A stretch of DNA of 59,175 bases, the filler included, from Candidatus Woesearchaeota archaeon (GTDB lineage: Archaea; Nanobdellota; Nanobdellia; Woesearchaeales; GCA-2685855), in assembly GCA_002685855.1 (NCBI GenBank). It is 4 parts of 4 records of this genome, joined end to end, with 100 filler letters (N's around TTAATTAATTAA, not from the genome) between each part and the next. Parts side by side here need not be neighbours in the genome. Positions count along the whole stretch, not along the records: positions 13,878 to 41,257 come from NYYS01000036.1; positions 41,358 to 52,485 come from NYYS01000038.1; 2 more parts are not named here. One strand, 5' to 3'. The notes beneath the pieces were generated by a model. It made no database searches and was not told the DNA's origin. It worked only from the letters and a program-made list of their open reading frames with translations. The position numbers and the translations under genes are program-made. Of the stretch, positions 37,674-47,538 are shown piece by piece (position 1 is the stretch's first letter; each line of letters opens with the position of its first letter).

Positions 37674-39700
37674 TATATTTCCTCTCTGCTATACCCATTA
37701 AACCGGAGAATTCTCTTCTGCTTCCCCTGTAGAACAACCTCAAACACAGGAAGATAGATAACTTCATGGCTCTCAACACTGCACCCCTCATACCAGGCAC
37801 AAAGACTTCCAATCAGAGAACTCTCGTCCATGATCTTTTGCAATACCTCTCCCTCGCCGCCCGTAGTCAGAACAAGATCCTGAGAATGAAGCGCTTCAAG
37901 TTTTGATGGCAGATCTGGAGAATACACCCTCTTCCAAAAAATTTCCTTCTCCTTCTTCTCTTTTTCAACAAACTCCTTTCTCTGCAGCCTGCTTAACCGT
38001 TTCCGCAAACGTTCCAAAGAATACTCAACCTTTTTCTGAAGCTTATTCTCCTCCATCCATCCTTTCCCTAACACACGTACCACAGCAATATCCTCATCAT
38101 CCACCTCTAATAACAACTTAAAACCTTTCAACGCCTTCATCTTTCCATTTTTATGAATAAAAATCTCTCCATCTCTCAAACTAATAAGAACATCATACTC
38201 CTTAGTCTCCTTAGAAAAGCCCAACAACTTTTTCTGAACTTCCCGAACATGCAATTTCACAAGAGGAACAAGATTTTTTTTAATACCTACTACCTCCTCC
38301 CGCTTACTCGACAACAATCCAACCCGTTTCCGCTTACTCTCAACAAGCTCTTCCACCTCATCATCCTTCAATCGTAATGCAAACACCTTTCTCTCCTTCG
38401 AACTCTTAACACCTCTTGCAATAACCCTCTTTTCCTTTCTTTCAACAACAGGAATCTTTGGCTGTTCATCCTTCATCAACTCTTTGATCTCCTTCTCTGT
38501 CAATGTTTTGTGCTCACTCAACAACCAGCGTGTAGAAAACTCAACAACACGATCATACTCATCAGGAGAAAAAAGAAGAAAGTTCCCTTGCGAAATAGAT
38601 GCTAGCCTATCCGCATCAACACTCTTTCCAAAACTCTCCAAACCTTCCTCAACCTTCTTCCTATCCTGTTTCGCAGTAAGCCTTCCCAGACACCATGTTG
38701 AAAACTGAGCAAAAGAACGATAATCAATATCGCCCGGATTCTGAGTAGCAACCATACACCCAACACCATACTTCCGCGCCTGCTTAAACATCAACTGCAA
38801 AGGAGATTTCGCCAACGTCATCTTTGTACCTGCAGGAAGATAGGGCGCAATCTCATCCACACAAAACAAAAGCTGTAAACCCTGAGAAGGATGATGCAGC
38901 ATCCAATGATACAACCGCAACGTCAACGTTGAAATAAAAAAATCCTTTTCACGCTGATCAGATAAATGATTCAAATACATCACGCTTATCTGTCCCTTTT
39001 TCATAAACTCCTCAATCCGCAACGGTAATCCATACGTTAAAATCTTATTCGACGATCCAATCGTCGCTGTATTGATCTTCTTAATCAGCTTCTTAAACTC
39101 ATCATCAGAACACAAACTCTGCTCCTTAAGATATTCCGCCCTTTGTACAAGCGAATCCAACAAAACAGAAAGATCCTCAATCTTCTTCTCCTTCTTCCAG
39201 GAATCTTTCAAACAGAGGTAAAGCAGAGCAGAGGCCATTCGCTCAGAATCACTCCCTAAGGTGTACCCCAACAACCCCAGAAGAGAAGAAACCATACTTC
39301 CCAGAAAACTTTCTGCCTCCTCCTTGCTATCTGGAGTAAACAAAGGATTCACACTAACAGGAATCCCAATCGAAGACCCCGGAGTATAGATCTTAACAGA
39401 AACACCCTGATATCTCTCTGCATCCTTCCTGTCCCTTCCCTTTCCAACAACCTCCTCAACACCGCCAGAATGAGAAAGACTGCTCAGATCTCCCTGAAGA
39501 TCAATAACAAGACTTGGAACCCCCTGAATAGCGGCCTCCTCAATCATCCCCTTCAAAAGCACAGTCTTTCCACTCCCACTCCCACCAAAGGCAAGAAGAT
39601 GCTTTACAAGAACCTTCTCAGACAGCCGAATATCCTTCTTCCCCTCCTTTCCCAGCACAAAATCCATAAAATCATCATCCATCTCTTCTATTAATATCAT
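37670..39700 (-). CDS. HerA/FtsK-superfamily (DUF87-like) ATPase with C-terminal extension
   Basis: GGSGSGKT, VIDLQGD, LFCVDEIA and QARKYGVGCMVATQNPGD. Confidence 0.88.
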   Translation of the reverse strand: MILIEEMDDDFMDFVLGKEGKKDIRLSEKVLVKHLLAFGGSGSGKTVLLKGMIEEAAIQGVPSLVIDLQGDLSSLSHSGGVEEVVGKGRDRKDAERYQGVSVKIYTPGSSIGIPVSVNPLFTPDSKEEAESFLGSMVSSLLGLLGYTLGSDSERMASALLYLCLKDSWKKEKKIEDLSVLLDSLVQRAEYLKEQSLCSDDEFKKLIKKINTATIGSSNKILTYGLPLRIEEFMKKGQISVMYLNHLSDQREKDFFISTLTLRLYHWMLHHPSQGLQLLFCVDEIAPYLPAGTKMTLAKSPLQLMFKQARKYGVGCMVATQNPGDIDYRSFAQFSTWCLGRLTAKQDRKKVEEGLESFGKSVDADRLASISQGNFLLFSPDEYDRVVEFSTRWLLSEHKTLTEKEIKELMKDEQPKIPVVERKEKRVIARGVKSSKERKVFALRLKDDEVEELVESKRKRVGLLSSKREEVVGIKKNLVPLVKLHVREVQKKLLGFSKETKEYDVLISLRDGEIFIHKNGKMKALKGFKLLLEVDDEDIAVVRVLGKGWMEENKLQKKVEYSLERLRKRLSRLQRKEFVEKEKKEKEIFWKRVYSPDLPSKLEALHSQDLVLTTGGEGEVLQKIMDESSLIGSLCAWYEGCSVESHEVIYLPVFEVVLQGKQKRILRFNGYSREEIY

Positions 39701-39767
39701 TCGGTTTATTCTCCAGAAGAAAAACCTTTATAAAACACCCCTGATTTCATCTTTTAGGTGATAGCAA

Positions 39768-40058
39768 ATGAAAATTTCTGAACTCGTGCCAAAGCAGGGA
39801 AATGTTGAATTAGAAGAAGTAGAAGTCACAGAGAAAGGCGAAATCCGAGAGTTTTCAAAATTTGGGAAACCAGGAAGAGTCTGTAACATCACAGTAAAAG
39901 ATGACACAGGAAGCGTTCAAATGACTCTCTGGAACGAACAGATCGACGAAGTCAAAGAAGGAGACAAGCTTAAGATTACCGATGGCTGGGTAGGCGAATG
40001 GCAGGGAGAAAAACAGCTCTCCACAGGCCGAAACGGCAAATTTGAAGTGTTGAAATAG
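39768..40058 (+). CDS. Single OB-fold ssDNA-binding protein (SSB/RPA-like)
   Basis: MKISEL, VKDDTGSVQMTLWNE and GWVGEWQG; GGTGA RBS. Confidence 0.88.
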   Translation: MKISELVPKQGNVELEEVEVTEKGEIREFSKFGKPGRVCNITVKDDTGSVQMTLWNEQIDEVKEGDKLKITDGWVGEWQGEKQLSTGRNGKFEVLK

Positions 40059-40107
40059 CTTTTCTACGAAAACTATTTAAATCGTTTTTTAGTCCTCTAA
40101 CCCATTA

Positions 40108-40195
40108 GGGAACGTAGCTCAGACTGGGAGAGCACTACGCTGAAGATTTCCAATCTGAGACGTAGGTGTCCCGGGTTCAAATCCCGGCGTTCCCA
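40108..40195 (+). tRNA. tRNA-Phe(GAA) with a canonical 14-nt intron at 37/38 (40146-40159)
   Basis: GGGAACG/CGTTCCC+A; CTACG-CTGAAG^A-CGTAG; CCGGG-TTCAAAT-CCCGG. Spliced length 74 nt. Confidence 0.93.
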
Positions 40196-40234
40196 CTTTC
40201 TCCGCCATTTTTTTTTCTAACAAGAGCATCCCTT

Positions 40235-41257
40235 CTATCCAACACTACCACCTATAGTTCCAAGAATTGTTCCTGCAATGATATTAAACATCAGCATCAG
40301 GAAAAAAGCTATTGCACAATAGATGATCGTGCTCTTTGTTTCATTCTTTCCAATAAGATACCTTTCATTCAGCTTATCCGACCCATTTTGAATTCCATTA
40401 ATCATCAAACTCAGAATATACACAATCTGTACAACATACAATCCAACAATTATCTGAAAATAATAGGTAGGAACCCCACTTCCAAACGCATCCATCAATC
40501 CGCCTCCTGCAGCCCCACCACCCTCTGCAGCCAGTGCACCGATCTGACTTCCCAAACTTCCTAAAATAGCCGTAATCATACTTGTAATTCCAATAACAAT
40601 CCCTGCAATTGCAGGCGTCAAGAACTGAATCTGACTCTTCATGCTACTAATAATATCAGCCATTAGATCCTTCAACCGTTCATCAACACGATGCATCTGC
40701 TTAATATATTCAGAAACATTGATCATCGCCTGTGCAGCAACCTGTGGGCCCTTCCTGCTACTCTGCACAAACACCTTCATACTACTCTCAATAAGATTAC
40801 TCGGATAATACGAAAGTGCACCATGCTGAGGATCAAAAATAGCCTGTTCAACACCATATCCCAGCTTTCGAATATTCGTACTCACAAGATTAAAAAACTT
40901 CCCTGACACTGTTCCTTCCATCACATCTGCAACCTTTGAAAAAGCGATCTCTGCAGGAAGCCCATCTCCAAGCCTGTTTCCCAACTGAAACAATGCAGAT
41001 GCAAACTCTTGCTCCAACTTCTTTGATTGTTGCCGAATCTTAATAATGCGTTTTGTACGCAAAAAGAAATACAATCCTAACGACAAACCAAGCCCAAGCG
41101 GAATCGCTATAGATAACACTGCAGCACCTATCCCATACGGTCCGTTCACCAATCCTGATTTTGGATCCTTTCGATAATCCAGAAGACTATACTGCACAGT
41201 TCGTTGATCCTGCACAGAACACTTTGACATAATCCCCTCATTACCAATAGTAAGATC
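40235..41257 (-). CDS. TadC/type II secretion F-family pilus platform protein (5' truncated)
   Basis: EQEFASALFQLGNRLGDGLPAEIAF and multiple TM helices; the frame is open to the contig end. Confidence 0.75.
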   Translation of the reverse strand, partial: DLTIGNEGIMSKCSVQDQRTVQYSLLDYRKDPKSGLVNGPYGIGAAVLSIAIPLGLGLSLGLYFFLRTKRIIKIRQQSKKLEQEFASALFQLGNRLGDGLPAEIAFSKVADVMEGTVSGKFFNLVSTNIRKLGYGVEQAIFDPQHGALSYYPSNLIESSMKVFVQSSRKGPQVAAQAMINVSEYIKQMHRVDERLKDLMADIISSMKSQIQFLTPAIAGIVIGITSMITAILGSLGSQIGALAAEGGGAAGGGLMDAFGSGVPTYYFQIIVGLYVVQIVYILSLMINGIQNGSDKLNERYLIGKNETKSTIIYCAIAFFLMLMFNIIAGTILGTIGGSVG

Positions 41258-41357
41258 NNNNNNNNNNNNNNNNNNNNNNNNNNNNNNNNNNNNNNNNNNN
41301 NTTAATTAATTAANNNNNNNNNNNNNNNNNNNNNNNNNNNNNNNNNNNNNNNNNNNN
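41258..41357. other. Artificial contig linker
   Basis: 44N-TTAATTAATTAA-44N. Confidence 0.98.
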
Positions 41358-41358
41358 C

Positions 41359-41751
41359 AAACTCCTGGGAGCAATCGACGATGCATCATTAGATAACCCT
41401 GCATCAAACCTGGATCCCATAACTTCTACAAATACTGTTGTTGTGAAGAAAGGTAAATTTGAACAATTAAAAATAGGATTATATAATAACGATGTAACAG
41501 TTGATTCTCCTCAATACTCTTTTGATGTGGAGGGGGATAGAATGGGCTGTCCGGATGACAGTGGTGTAACATTATCCTGTCCTCTCGAACTTGACGTCCC
41601 TCTGGGAGAATCTCGAGGATATGGGTGTGTGGTGAATGCTGCAGAGGATGGAGTTGAAGGCATGTATCCTTGTATGATTGTTGCAGTACCAATTGGTGAA
41701 TCTGGTACGATTCTCTCACAATCATTCTTCGTAGAGGTCAGACAAAACTGA
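41359..41751 (+). CDS. 3' part of a secreted, possibly pilin-like protein
   Basis: Frame open from the contig start (KLLGAIDDASLDNPA...). The beta-rich end resembles that of the 42757 protein. Confidence 0.55.
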   Translation, partial: KLLGAIDDASLDNPASNLDPITSTNTVVVKKGKFEQLKIGLYNNDVTVDSPQYSFDVEGDRMGCPDDSGVTLSCPLELDVPLGESRGYGCVVNAAEDGVEGMYPCMIVAVPIGESGTILSQSFFVEVRQN

Positions 41752-41762
41752 GGTGAATCACA

Positions 41763-41978
41763 ATGAAACGTCACTTAACAAAACAAGAAGAATTCGAGAT
41801 CATGAAACTCGTCCTTGACAAGTTTCTCTGGCTCGGTACAGGCATCATCGCCTACGGATTTTGGAAAATTATAACAGGAACAAGCATGGGATGGGGCTTC
41901 AGCATCCTCGTCGCAGGAGCAATATTATTAATCCTGTTCGCATACATCCTCATCCGCGAATACGAATTCATGAGGTGA
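41763..41978 (+). CDS. Small two-TM membrane protein
   Basis: GAGGTGA RBS; 71 aa. Confidence 0.75.
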   Translation: MKRHLTKQEEFEIMKLVLDKFLWLGTGIIAYGFWKIITGTSMGWGFSILVAGAILLILFAYILIREYEFMR

Positions 41979-41981
41979 CCC

Positions 41982-42764
41982 ATGCGTCCCTTTTTTTTAT
42001 TTTTTCTAATTTTCTCACTCATCCTGCTAGCAGCATGCGGAGAAGAACCCGAATGCACAAAAACATCCGACTGCCCTGGCGCAGGAGCATCTAACGCCTG
42101 CTCATCCGTCCGTTGCGTCCAACAAGAATGCAGAACAGACATCAAACCCGACTGCTGTGGCAACAACCTCTGCGAAGACAATGAAAACTTCTGCAACTGC
42201 GACAAAGACTGTGCAACAACACCCTGCGAAGGCGCCTACAAAGTAGCAGACAGATACGGAAGACCACAAGACGCAAAAATGTTAGAATATGGATGCGTAA
42301 AAGATTCCTGTGAACTCATCATAGCCGACGCCAAAAAAGAAGAACTTACACTAACATCAGAATCACGATCCGGAAAAGTAAAACTCGCCGCAACAACAAC
42401 AATAGAACAACCCTACGTCCTCAAAAAATCAAAAGCCTCTGTCAGAATCCAGCTCAAAGACGTAGACACCTCTGTCATCTTCCCCATAAAAGTAACCCAG
42501 ATACAACTATTAACAGGAGACCAACTCATAGGAGAAGTCCTCATCAACGAAGAACTCCAATCAGTACGAGACCTCTTCACAAAAACAATCCAGCTCAAGC
42601 CAACACTCAGCGAACCCGAACAACAGCTCTCAACAACAATCAAAATAGACTTTGAATACCAATACATCCAACGAGAAGAAACACTAACAGAAAGAGAAAC
42701 CTTCTCAGACGGATTCAAAAACCAGCTCTTCTTCATCGATTACAGCAAGGTGGAAGATGAATAA
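41982..42764 (+). CDS. Predicted lipoprotein with a Cys-rich N-terminal domain
   Basis: Signal MRPFFLFFLIFSLILLAA|C (LAAC lipobox); CCGNNLCEDNENFCNCDKDC. Confidence 0.8.
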   Translation: MRPFFLFFLIFSLILLAACGEEPECTKTSDCPGAGASNACSSVRCVQQECRTDIKPDCCGNNLCEDNENFCNCDKDCATTPCEGAYKVADRYGRPQDAKMLEYGCVKDSCELIIADAKKEELTLTSESRSGKVKLAATTTIEQPYVLKKSKASVRIQLKDVDTSVIFPIKVTQIQLLTGDQLIGEVLINEELQSVRDLFTKTIQLKPTLSEPEQQLSTTIKIDFEYQYIQREETLTERETFSDGFKNQLFFIDYSKVEDE

Positions 42765-43299
42765 GAAAGGAATACAGCTCTCAGTCAACTTCCTCGTAGT
42801 CATCATTCTCGGTCTCGTCATCCTCGGCCTCGGAATGTCCCTCTTCTATAAACTCATCGGCAGTGCAACTACAACCGTTCAAGAAGTTGACAGACAAACA
42901 CAAGAACGCCTCGAACGCATGATGGTGGGCGGAAACCTCGTCGTCGTCAGCGACACAACAAAAGCAGTAGAAACAGGAGAATATGCAGACTTCTTTGTCG
43001 GAATCACAAACGAACTCGCTGATACAACCGAGTTTGATCTTCATATCGAATATCTCAATTCTCAATCAGGACAAAATAATCCTATGATGTCAGACGAAGA
43101 TGTGATATTTAACCCAGGTCCATACCTTATCGATGTGAACGGTTTTGAATTTATACCTGTCAGAATAGTGGTTCCAAAAAACACGCCCAGAGATAGCTAT
43201 CTATTCTTGGTTACTGTAGCTAAAGATGGATTACCATTAAGTAATCCTGATGCAGTTTACGGCTCCAAACACCTTCTCACTGTCAACGTAAACAAATAG
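42757..43299 (+). CDS. Type IV pilin-like protein (class III signal peptide)
   Basis: MNKKG|IQLSVNFLVVIILGLVILGLG. Confidence 0.82.
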   Translation: MNKKGIQLSVNFLVVIILGLVILGLGMSLFYKLIGSATTTVQEVDRQTQERLERMMVGGNLVVVSDTTKAVETGEYADFFVGITNELADTTEFDLHIEYLNSQSGQNNPMMSDEDVIFNPGPYLIDVNGFEFIPVRIVVPKNTPRDSYLFLVTVAKDGLPLSNPDAVYGSKHLLTVNVNK

Positions 43300-43959
43300 C
43301 TACAAAAACGCTTCCACCATCTCCTTCAACACCTTTCCCGGATCCTCATTCTTCACAACACCACTTGCCAAAAGAATACCTACAGCACCCAATTCTTTCG
43401 CCTTTGCAACATCCGCACCATTCTTCACACCAGCTCCACAAAGAACAGGAATATCTGTCCCCTTCAACGCCTTAACAGTATCACTAATCAATTCCGGCTT
43501 AGCTGTACTCACAGAAACATCCCCCCCAATCAGTTCAGGAGGCTCAATCGCAATCATATCAGGACCCAAAAGACCAAACTTCGCAGCCTCAGAAGGAGTC
43601 TCCACACACAATATAACCTTCAACCCCGCCTCCTTACATCGGGCAATCGTCTTCTTAATCACCTCTTCAGAAACACGATGCTCACTATGATTCAGCAACG
43701 TCCCAACAGCACCATACCCCTTCACAGCCTCAGGCAACACATGCCCGGTATGACTGCCATACACAACAGGATCCACATGCTGACCCCACACAGGCAACTC
43801 CAACCCAGAAACACTCCCCAGATCTACCGCCTGTACAGCCGCCCCAACATCAACCTTTCCTCCAGCATGCACCTCAGCACACACCTTTGCCAACTCCATA
43901 GCACTCTTCCCAGTACCTTGCTCATACGTCTTAAAATTAACTAGAATAAGCTCTTTCAT
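43300..43959 (-). CDS. tpiA: Triosephosphate isomerase (archaeal type)
   Basis: VNFKTY, LLNHSEHR, AIEPPELIG, LCGAG and GILLASGVV. Confidence 0.95.
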   Translation of the reverse strand: MKELILVNFKTYEQGTGKSAMELAKVCAEVHAGGKVDVGAAVQAVDLGSVSGLELPVWGQHVDPVVYGSHTGHVLPEAVKGYGAVGTLLNHSEHRVSEEVIKKTIARCKEAGLKVILCVETPSEAAKFGLLGPDMIAIEPPELIGGDVSVSTAKPELISDTVKALKGTDIPVLCGAGVKNGADVAKAKELGAVGILLASGVVKNEDPGKVLKEMVEAFL

Positions 43960-43968
43960 CTCTATCAC

Positions 43969-44247
43969 CTATTGATTCTGTATACGCGTATCTGTTCCCT
44001 TACGTATCAATCCCAACTCCTTTTTTTTCTCTTCAATAACACTATCTGAAAGCGAACGATCCACATTACGAACATCTGAGATCTCTGTTGTTCGTTCCTG
44101 CACAACGCCCCTGCGAACCTTGGACAACTTCTCCACACAACTCGCACAATAGCGTTTCCTATTCTCCTTTATACACTCATCACAGATGCGATTTCCGCAC
44201 CATCCGCAGTTCGATACAGACTCAATTCCATGAATACCACACTGCAT
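43969..44247 (-). CDS. Small Zn-finger (B-box-like) protein
   Basis: CxxH, CxxC, CxxC, CxxC pattern. Confidence 0.72.
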   Translation of the reverse strand: MQCGIHGIESVSNCGWCGNRICDECIKENRKRYCASCVEKLSKVRRGVVQERTTEISDVRNVDRSLSDSVIEEKKKELGLIRKGTDTRIQNQ

Positions 44248-44368
44248 ACAGCCATAATAACAACCATTCTATTTTAATCTTCCGCTTGGTTTATAAACAA
44301 TAATAAAAATAATGAAACCACTTAAAAAGAGTAAGCAGCCGCTCCACTCCGAGACCAAATTTCAGAAC

Positions 44369-45097
44369 TCACAGAAACAGATCCAGCTGTGCCTGGTTCT
44401 TCTTATGCTGAATAAGATAGTGTGGCGGATCAAACTTCTTAAAACTAAACCCCCAATCAGTAAGCATAACTAACCCATTCTTGCTAATCTTCGGAGCTAC
44501 CAACACCCCTCTAACCTTAGAAACACCCTTACTCTTCTTAATCTTCTCAACATACCTACGCAACTGTGTAGCAGCAGAAGGATCTGCCTTAAACCGCTTA
44601 CACTCCACAACAACCAAATTTCCATCCCGATCATTTCCAAACACATCAATAAATCCATACTTTGTATGCTCCTCACGACTCAACGGCTTAAACCCGTCCT
44701 CAATAACATCAGGATTCGCATAAATATAATCAGACATATCCTTCTCATTCCCCTGAAGCTGAATCCCCTGCCCATCCTGCAACTTCCTTGTTATCAGATC
44801 ATGCACCTTCAACACAGTAATCAGCAACCGCTCCTTTTCCAAACTACTCCTAATAACAAGATTCCCTCCCTCCTCATAAAAAGAATGCGTAGCCCCCTCT
44901 TTCATATAGTTCACAGGAGTATTCCCTGTAGGCTGATGAATCTGCAAACTATTATCCGACTTAATCAGAATCACACGCTCTCCTTCAGGCAGATAGCTCT
45001 CCGCCCGTCCATCATACTCAACACTGCACAACCCTGTCAAAATAACCAGATGATTATTCCGCACAGCACCCTGCAAACACCCAATAACACCATCCAT
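44369..45097 (-). CDS. nucS: Mismatch-specific endonuclease NucS/EndoMS
   Basis: CSVEYDGRAESYL, IKSDNSLQIH, PVNY, GFIDVFG, VVECKR and QLRRYV; C-terminal QAQLDLFL PIP-like motif. Confidence 0.94.
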   Translation of the reverse strand: MDGVIGCLQGAVRNNHLVILTGLCSVEYDGRAESYLPEGERVILIKSDNSLQIHQPTGNTPVNYMKEGATHSFYEEGGNLVIRSSLEKERLLITVLKVHDLITRKLQDGQGIQLQGNEKDMSDYIYANPDVIEDGFKPLSREEHTKYGFIDVFGNDRDGNLVVVECKRFKADPSAATQLRRYVEKIKKSKGVSKVRGVLVAPKISKNGLVMLTDWGFSFKKFDPPHYLIQHKKNQAQLDLFL

Positions 45098-45140
45098 CTA
45101 AACACAAAACCCCTCTCGCCTAAAAAAGTTTCGTCTCTAT

Positions 45141-45929
45141 TTAAAAAGAAAACAATCGTTTCAGATCATCCCTATACACACGGACAACTACAACAACAGC
45201 AACAACCACCATCACCAAACTAAACCCCTGACCCAAACTAATCCCCAACCACCGTGGATCATCTCTCCAAATATTCGTCAAAAAACGGAACACCCCATAC
45301 AACCCAATAAAACTCCAGAACAAAAAGCCCTCCTTAAACTTCATAACAACTTTCCGACGATCCATCCACAACAACACAAAAAAAACAAAAAGATTCTTTC
45401 CAGCCTCATACAACTGAGAAGGATGCCTACACCCATCATACCCCTGAAACTGAACACACCACCAAATATTAGAAACAACCCCTACAAGCTCCCCATTAAT
45501 AAAATTCGCAATCCTCCCCAAAAACAATGCAAACGCAGTCGGAATAACAACCAAATCACCCAACGCATAAAACGAAACCTTCGACCTCTTACAAAACAAG
45601 AGCGCCGCCAGAACAATCCCCACAATCCCACCATGAAAACTCATTCCCCCTTCCCAAATCCTAAACAAAGCAACAGGATCAGAAAGCAGAGAGGTTTCAG
45701 ACCAAAACAAAAAATAAAACAAACGCGAACCAACCAACAAGCCAACAAAAAGATACAAAATAAGATCATCAACACCATCCTTTGTCAAATTCCGAATACG
45801 CCCCGAACTTGCCGCACGACTCAAAAACCAGTACGCCATCAGAAAACCAAGAACATAAACAATCCCATAATACCTAATCTCTAAACTACCAATCTGAAAA
45901 AGAACAGGATCAAGCTGATGAACGAACAT
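45141..45929 (-). CDS. lgt: Prolipoprotein diacylglyceryl transferase
   Basis: RYYG, GGMSFHGG, LGRIANFINGELVG (Lgt signature), HPSQLYE and YGVFRF. Confidence 0.93.
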   Translation of the reverse strand: MFVHQLDPVLFQIGSLEIRYYGIVYVLGFLMAYWFLSRAASSGRIRNLTKDGVDDLILYLFVGLLVGSRLFYFLFWSETSLLSDPVALFRIWEGGMSFHGGIVGIVLAALLFCKRSKVSFYALGDLVVIPTAFALFLGRIANFINGELVGVVSNIWWCVQFQGYDGCRHPSQLYEAGKNLFVFFVLLWMDRRKVVMKFKEGFLFWSFIGLYGVFRFLTNIWRDDPRWLGISLGQGFSLVMVVVAVVVVVRVYRDDLKRLFSF

Positions 45930-46251
45930 GAGTCCCCCCAACACAATCACATGCACTATCCTTAGATGGATCTGCAAGCCGCAAATTCTGAACAGGATAC
46001 TCCTTTAATTTAATACACCCTTTCACATGATATACCTTTCCCCGGGCAGTCCGAACATAGCTATTCCCAAAATGAACCTTAACAATCTCCCGCTTCCCCT
46101 TATGCTTTCTTTTAAACTTCCAACTACGAAGATGTCCCTTTCGATACAACAATCTACACTTCTTACAGAAAAAGTTATCCCGAACATTCCCGCGAACATC
46201 CCCCTTACACAACGGACACCCCTTCTCAACCGTATAACTACTCCTCACCAT
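45910..46251 (-). CDS. Small basic metal-binding protein (Zn ribbon plus Ada-like motif)
   Basis: CPLC..CKKC and YHVKGC...ACDC. Confidence 0.6.
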   Translation of the reverse strand: MVRSSYTVEKGCPLCKGDVRGNVRDNFFCKKCRLLYRKGHLRSWKFKRKHKGKREIVKVHFGNSYVRTARGKVYHVKGCIKLKEYPVQNLRLADPSKDSACDCVGGTHVRSSA

Positions 46252-46358
46252 CTACTCCTCCATGAAAAGCCCGTTATAAATCTTTCTATCCCGCACAAAC
46301 TCAGCCTACACAACCCTTTTCTATCAACCACAACCACCACCCCCTCAAATGCCGCTTC

Positions 46359-47528
46359 CTACCCTCTCCCAACCTTCCGAACAGCCTCAGCCACAACAGA
46401 AGCAACACCCTTCTCCAGCGCATACGGAACAATCTTCTCAGCAGTAGGATTCAAAACACACCCTGCCAACGCCTCTGCCGCAGCCACCTTCATCTCCTCA
46501 CTAATCCGAGCCGCCCGAACATCCAATGCACCCCGAAAAACACCCGGAAACGCCAGCACATTATTAATCTGATTCGGAAAATCACTCCTCCCTGTACCAA
46601 CAACCGCAGCCCCTGCCTTCAAAGCCTCATCAGGCATAATCTCCGGAACCGGATTAGACATCGCAAACACAACAGCCTTCTCAGCCATACTCTCCACCAT
46701 TGTCCCAGACAAAATCCCTGGCATACTCACACCAATAAACACATCTGCTCCCCTAACCGCCTCAGCCAAACCACCCTTCACCTTCTCACGATTCGTAACC
46801 TTTGCAATCTTCTCCTTCACAGCATTCAACCCCTCCCTTCCATCATAAATAGTTCCCTTACTATCAACAAGTACAATCTCCCGAACACCTCGGCACACCC
46901 CATCAACCTTCTCAAAACACAACAACAACTTTGTAATCGCAATACCTGCAGCCCCTGCACCACTAATAACAATCTTCAGATCCTCCATCCTCTTTCCCAC
47001 AACCTTCGAAGCATTTAACAAAGCTGCCAACAACACAATCGCAGTTCCATGCTGATCATCATGAAACACCGGAATCCCAAGATCCTGTAACCGCTCTTCA
47101 ACCTCAAAACAGCGAGGTGCAGAAATATCCTCAAGATTAATCCCCCCAAAACCCGGTGCAATCAACCTAACAGTCTTTACAATCTCATCAACATCCTGCG
47201 TAGCCAAACAGATCGGCACAGCATCAACATCTGCAAACTCCTTAAACAACGCAGCCTTTCCCTCCATAACAGGCAATGCAGCCTCAGGACCAATATTACC
47301 CAAACCCAGAACAGCACTCCCATCAGTTACAACAGCAACCGTATTTGCCTTAACCGTAAGCTCAAACACCTGGGATGGATCAGCCGCAATCCTCCTGCAC
47401 GGCTCAGCAACACCCGGCGTATACGCAAGCGACATATCATCCTTTGTCTTCAATGGAACCTTAATCTTTGTTTCAATCTTTCCCTTAAATTTTCTGTGAA
47501 GCTCAACAGAGCCCTCATTGTAATCCAT
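46359..47528 (-). CDS. NAD(P)-dependent malic enzyme
   Basis: SLAYTPGVAEPC, VTDGSAVLGLGNIG, VMEGKA, NLEDISAPRCF, FHDDQHGTA and SGAGAAG. Confidence 0.95.
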   Translation of the reverse strand: MDYNEGSVELHRKFKGKIETKIKVPLKTKDDMSLAYTPGVAEPCRRIAADPSQVFELTVKANTVAVVTDGSAVLGLGNIGPEAALPVMEGKAALFKEFADVDAVPICLATQDVDEIVKTVRLIAPGFGGINLEDISAPRCFEVEERLQDLGIPVFHDDQHGTAIVLLAALLNASKVVGKRMEDLKIVISGAGAAGIAITKLLLCFEKVDGVCRGVREIVLVDSKGTIYDGREGLNAVKEKIAKVTNREKVKGGLAEAVRGADVFIGVSMPGILSGTMVESMAEKAVVFAMSNPVPEIMPDEALKAGAAVVGTGRSDFPNQINNVLAFPGVFRGALDVRAARISEEMKVAAAEALAGCVLNPTAEKIVPYALEKGVASVVAEAVRKVGRG

Positions 47529-47538
47529 GCTATTCACC

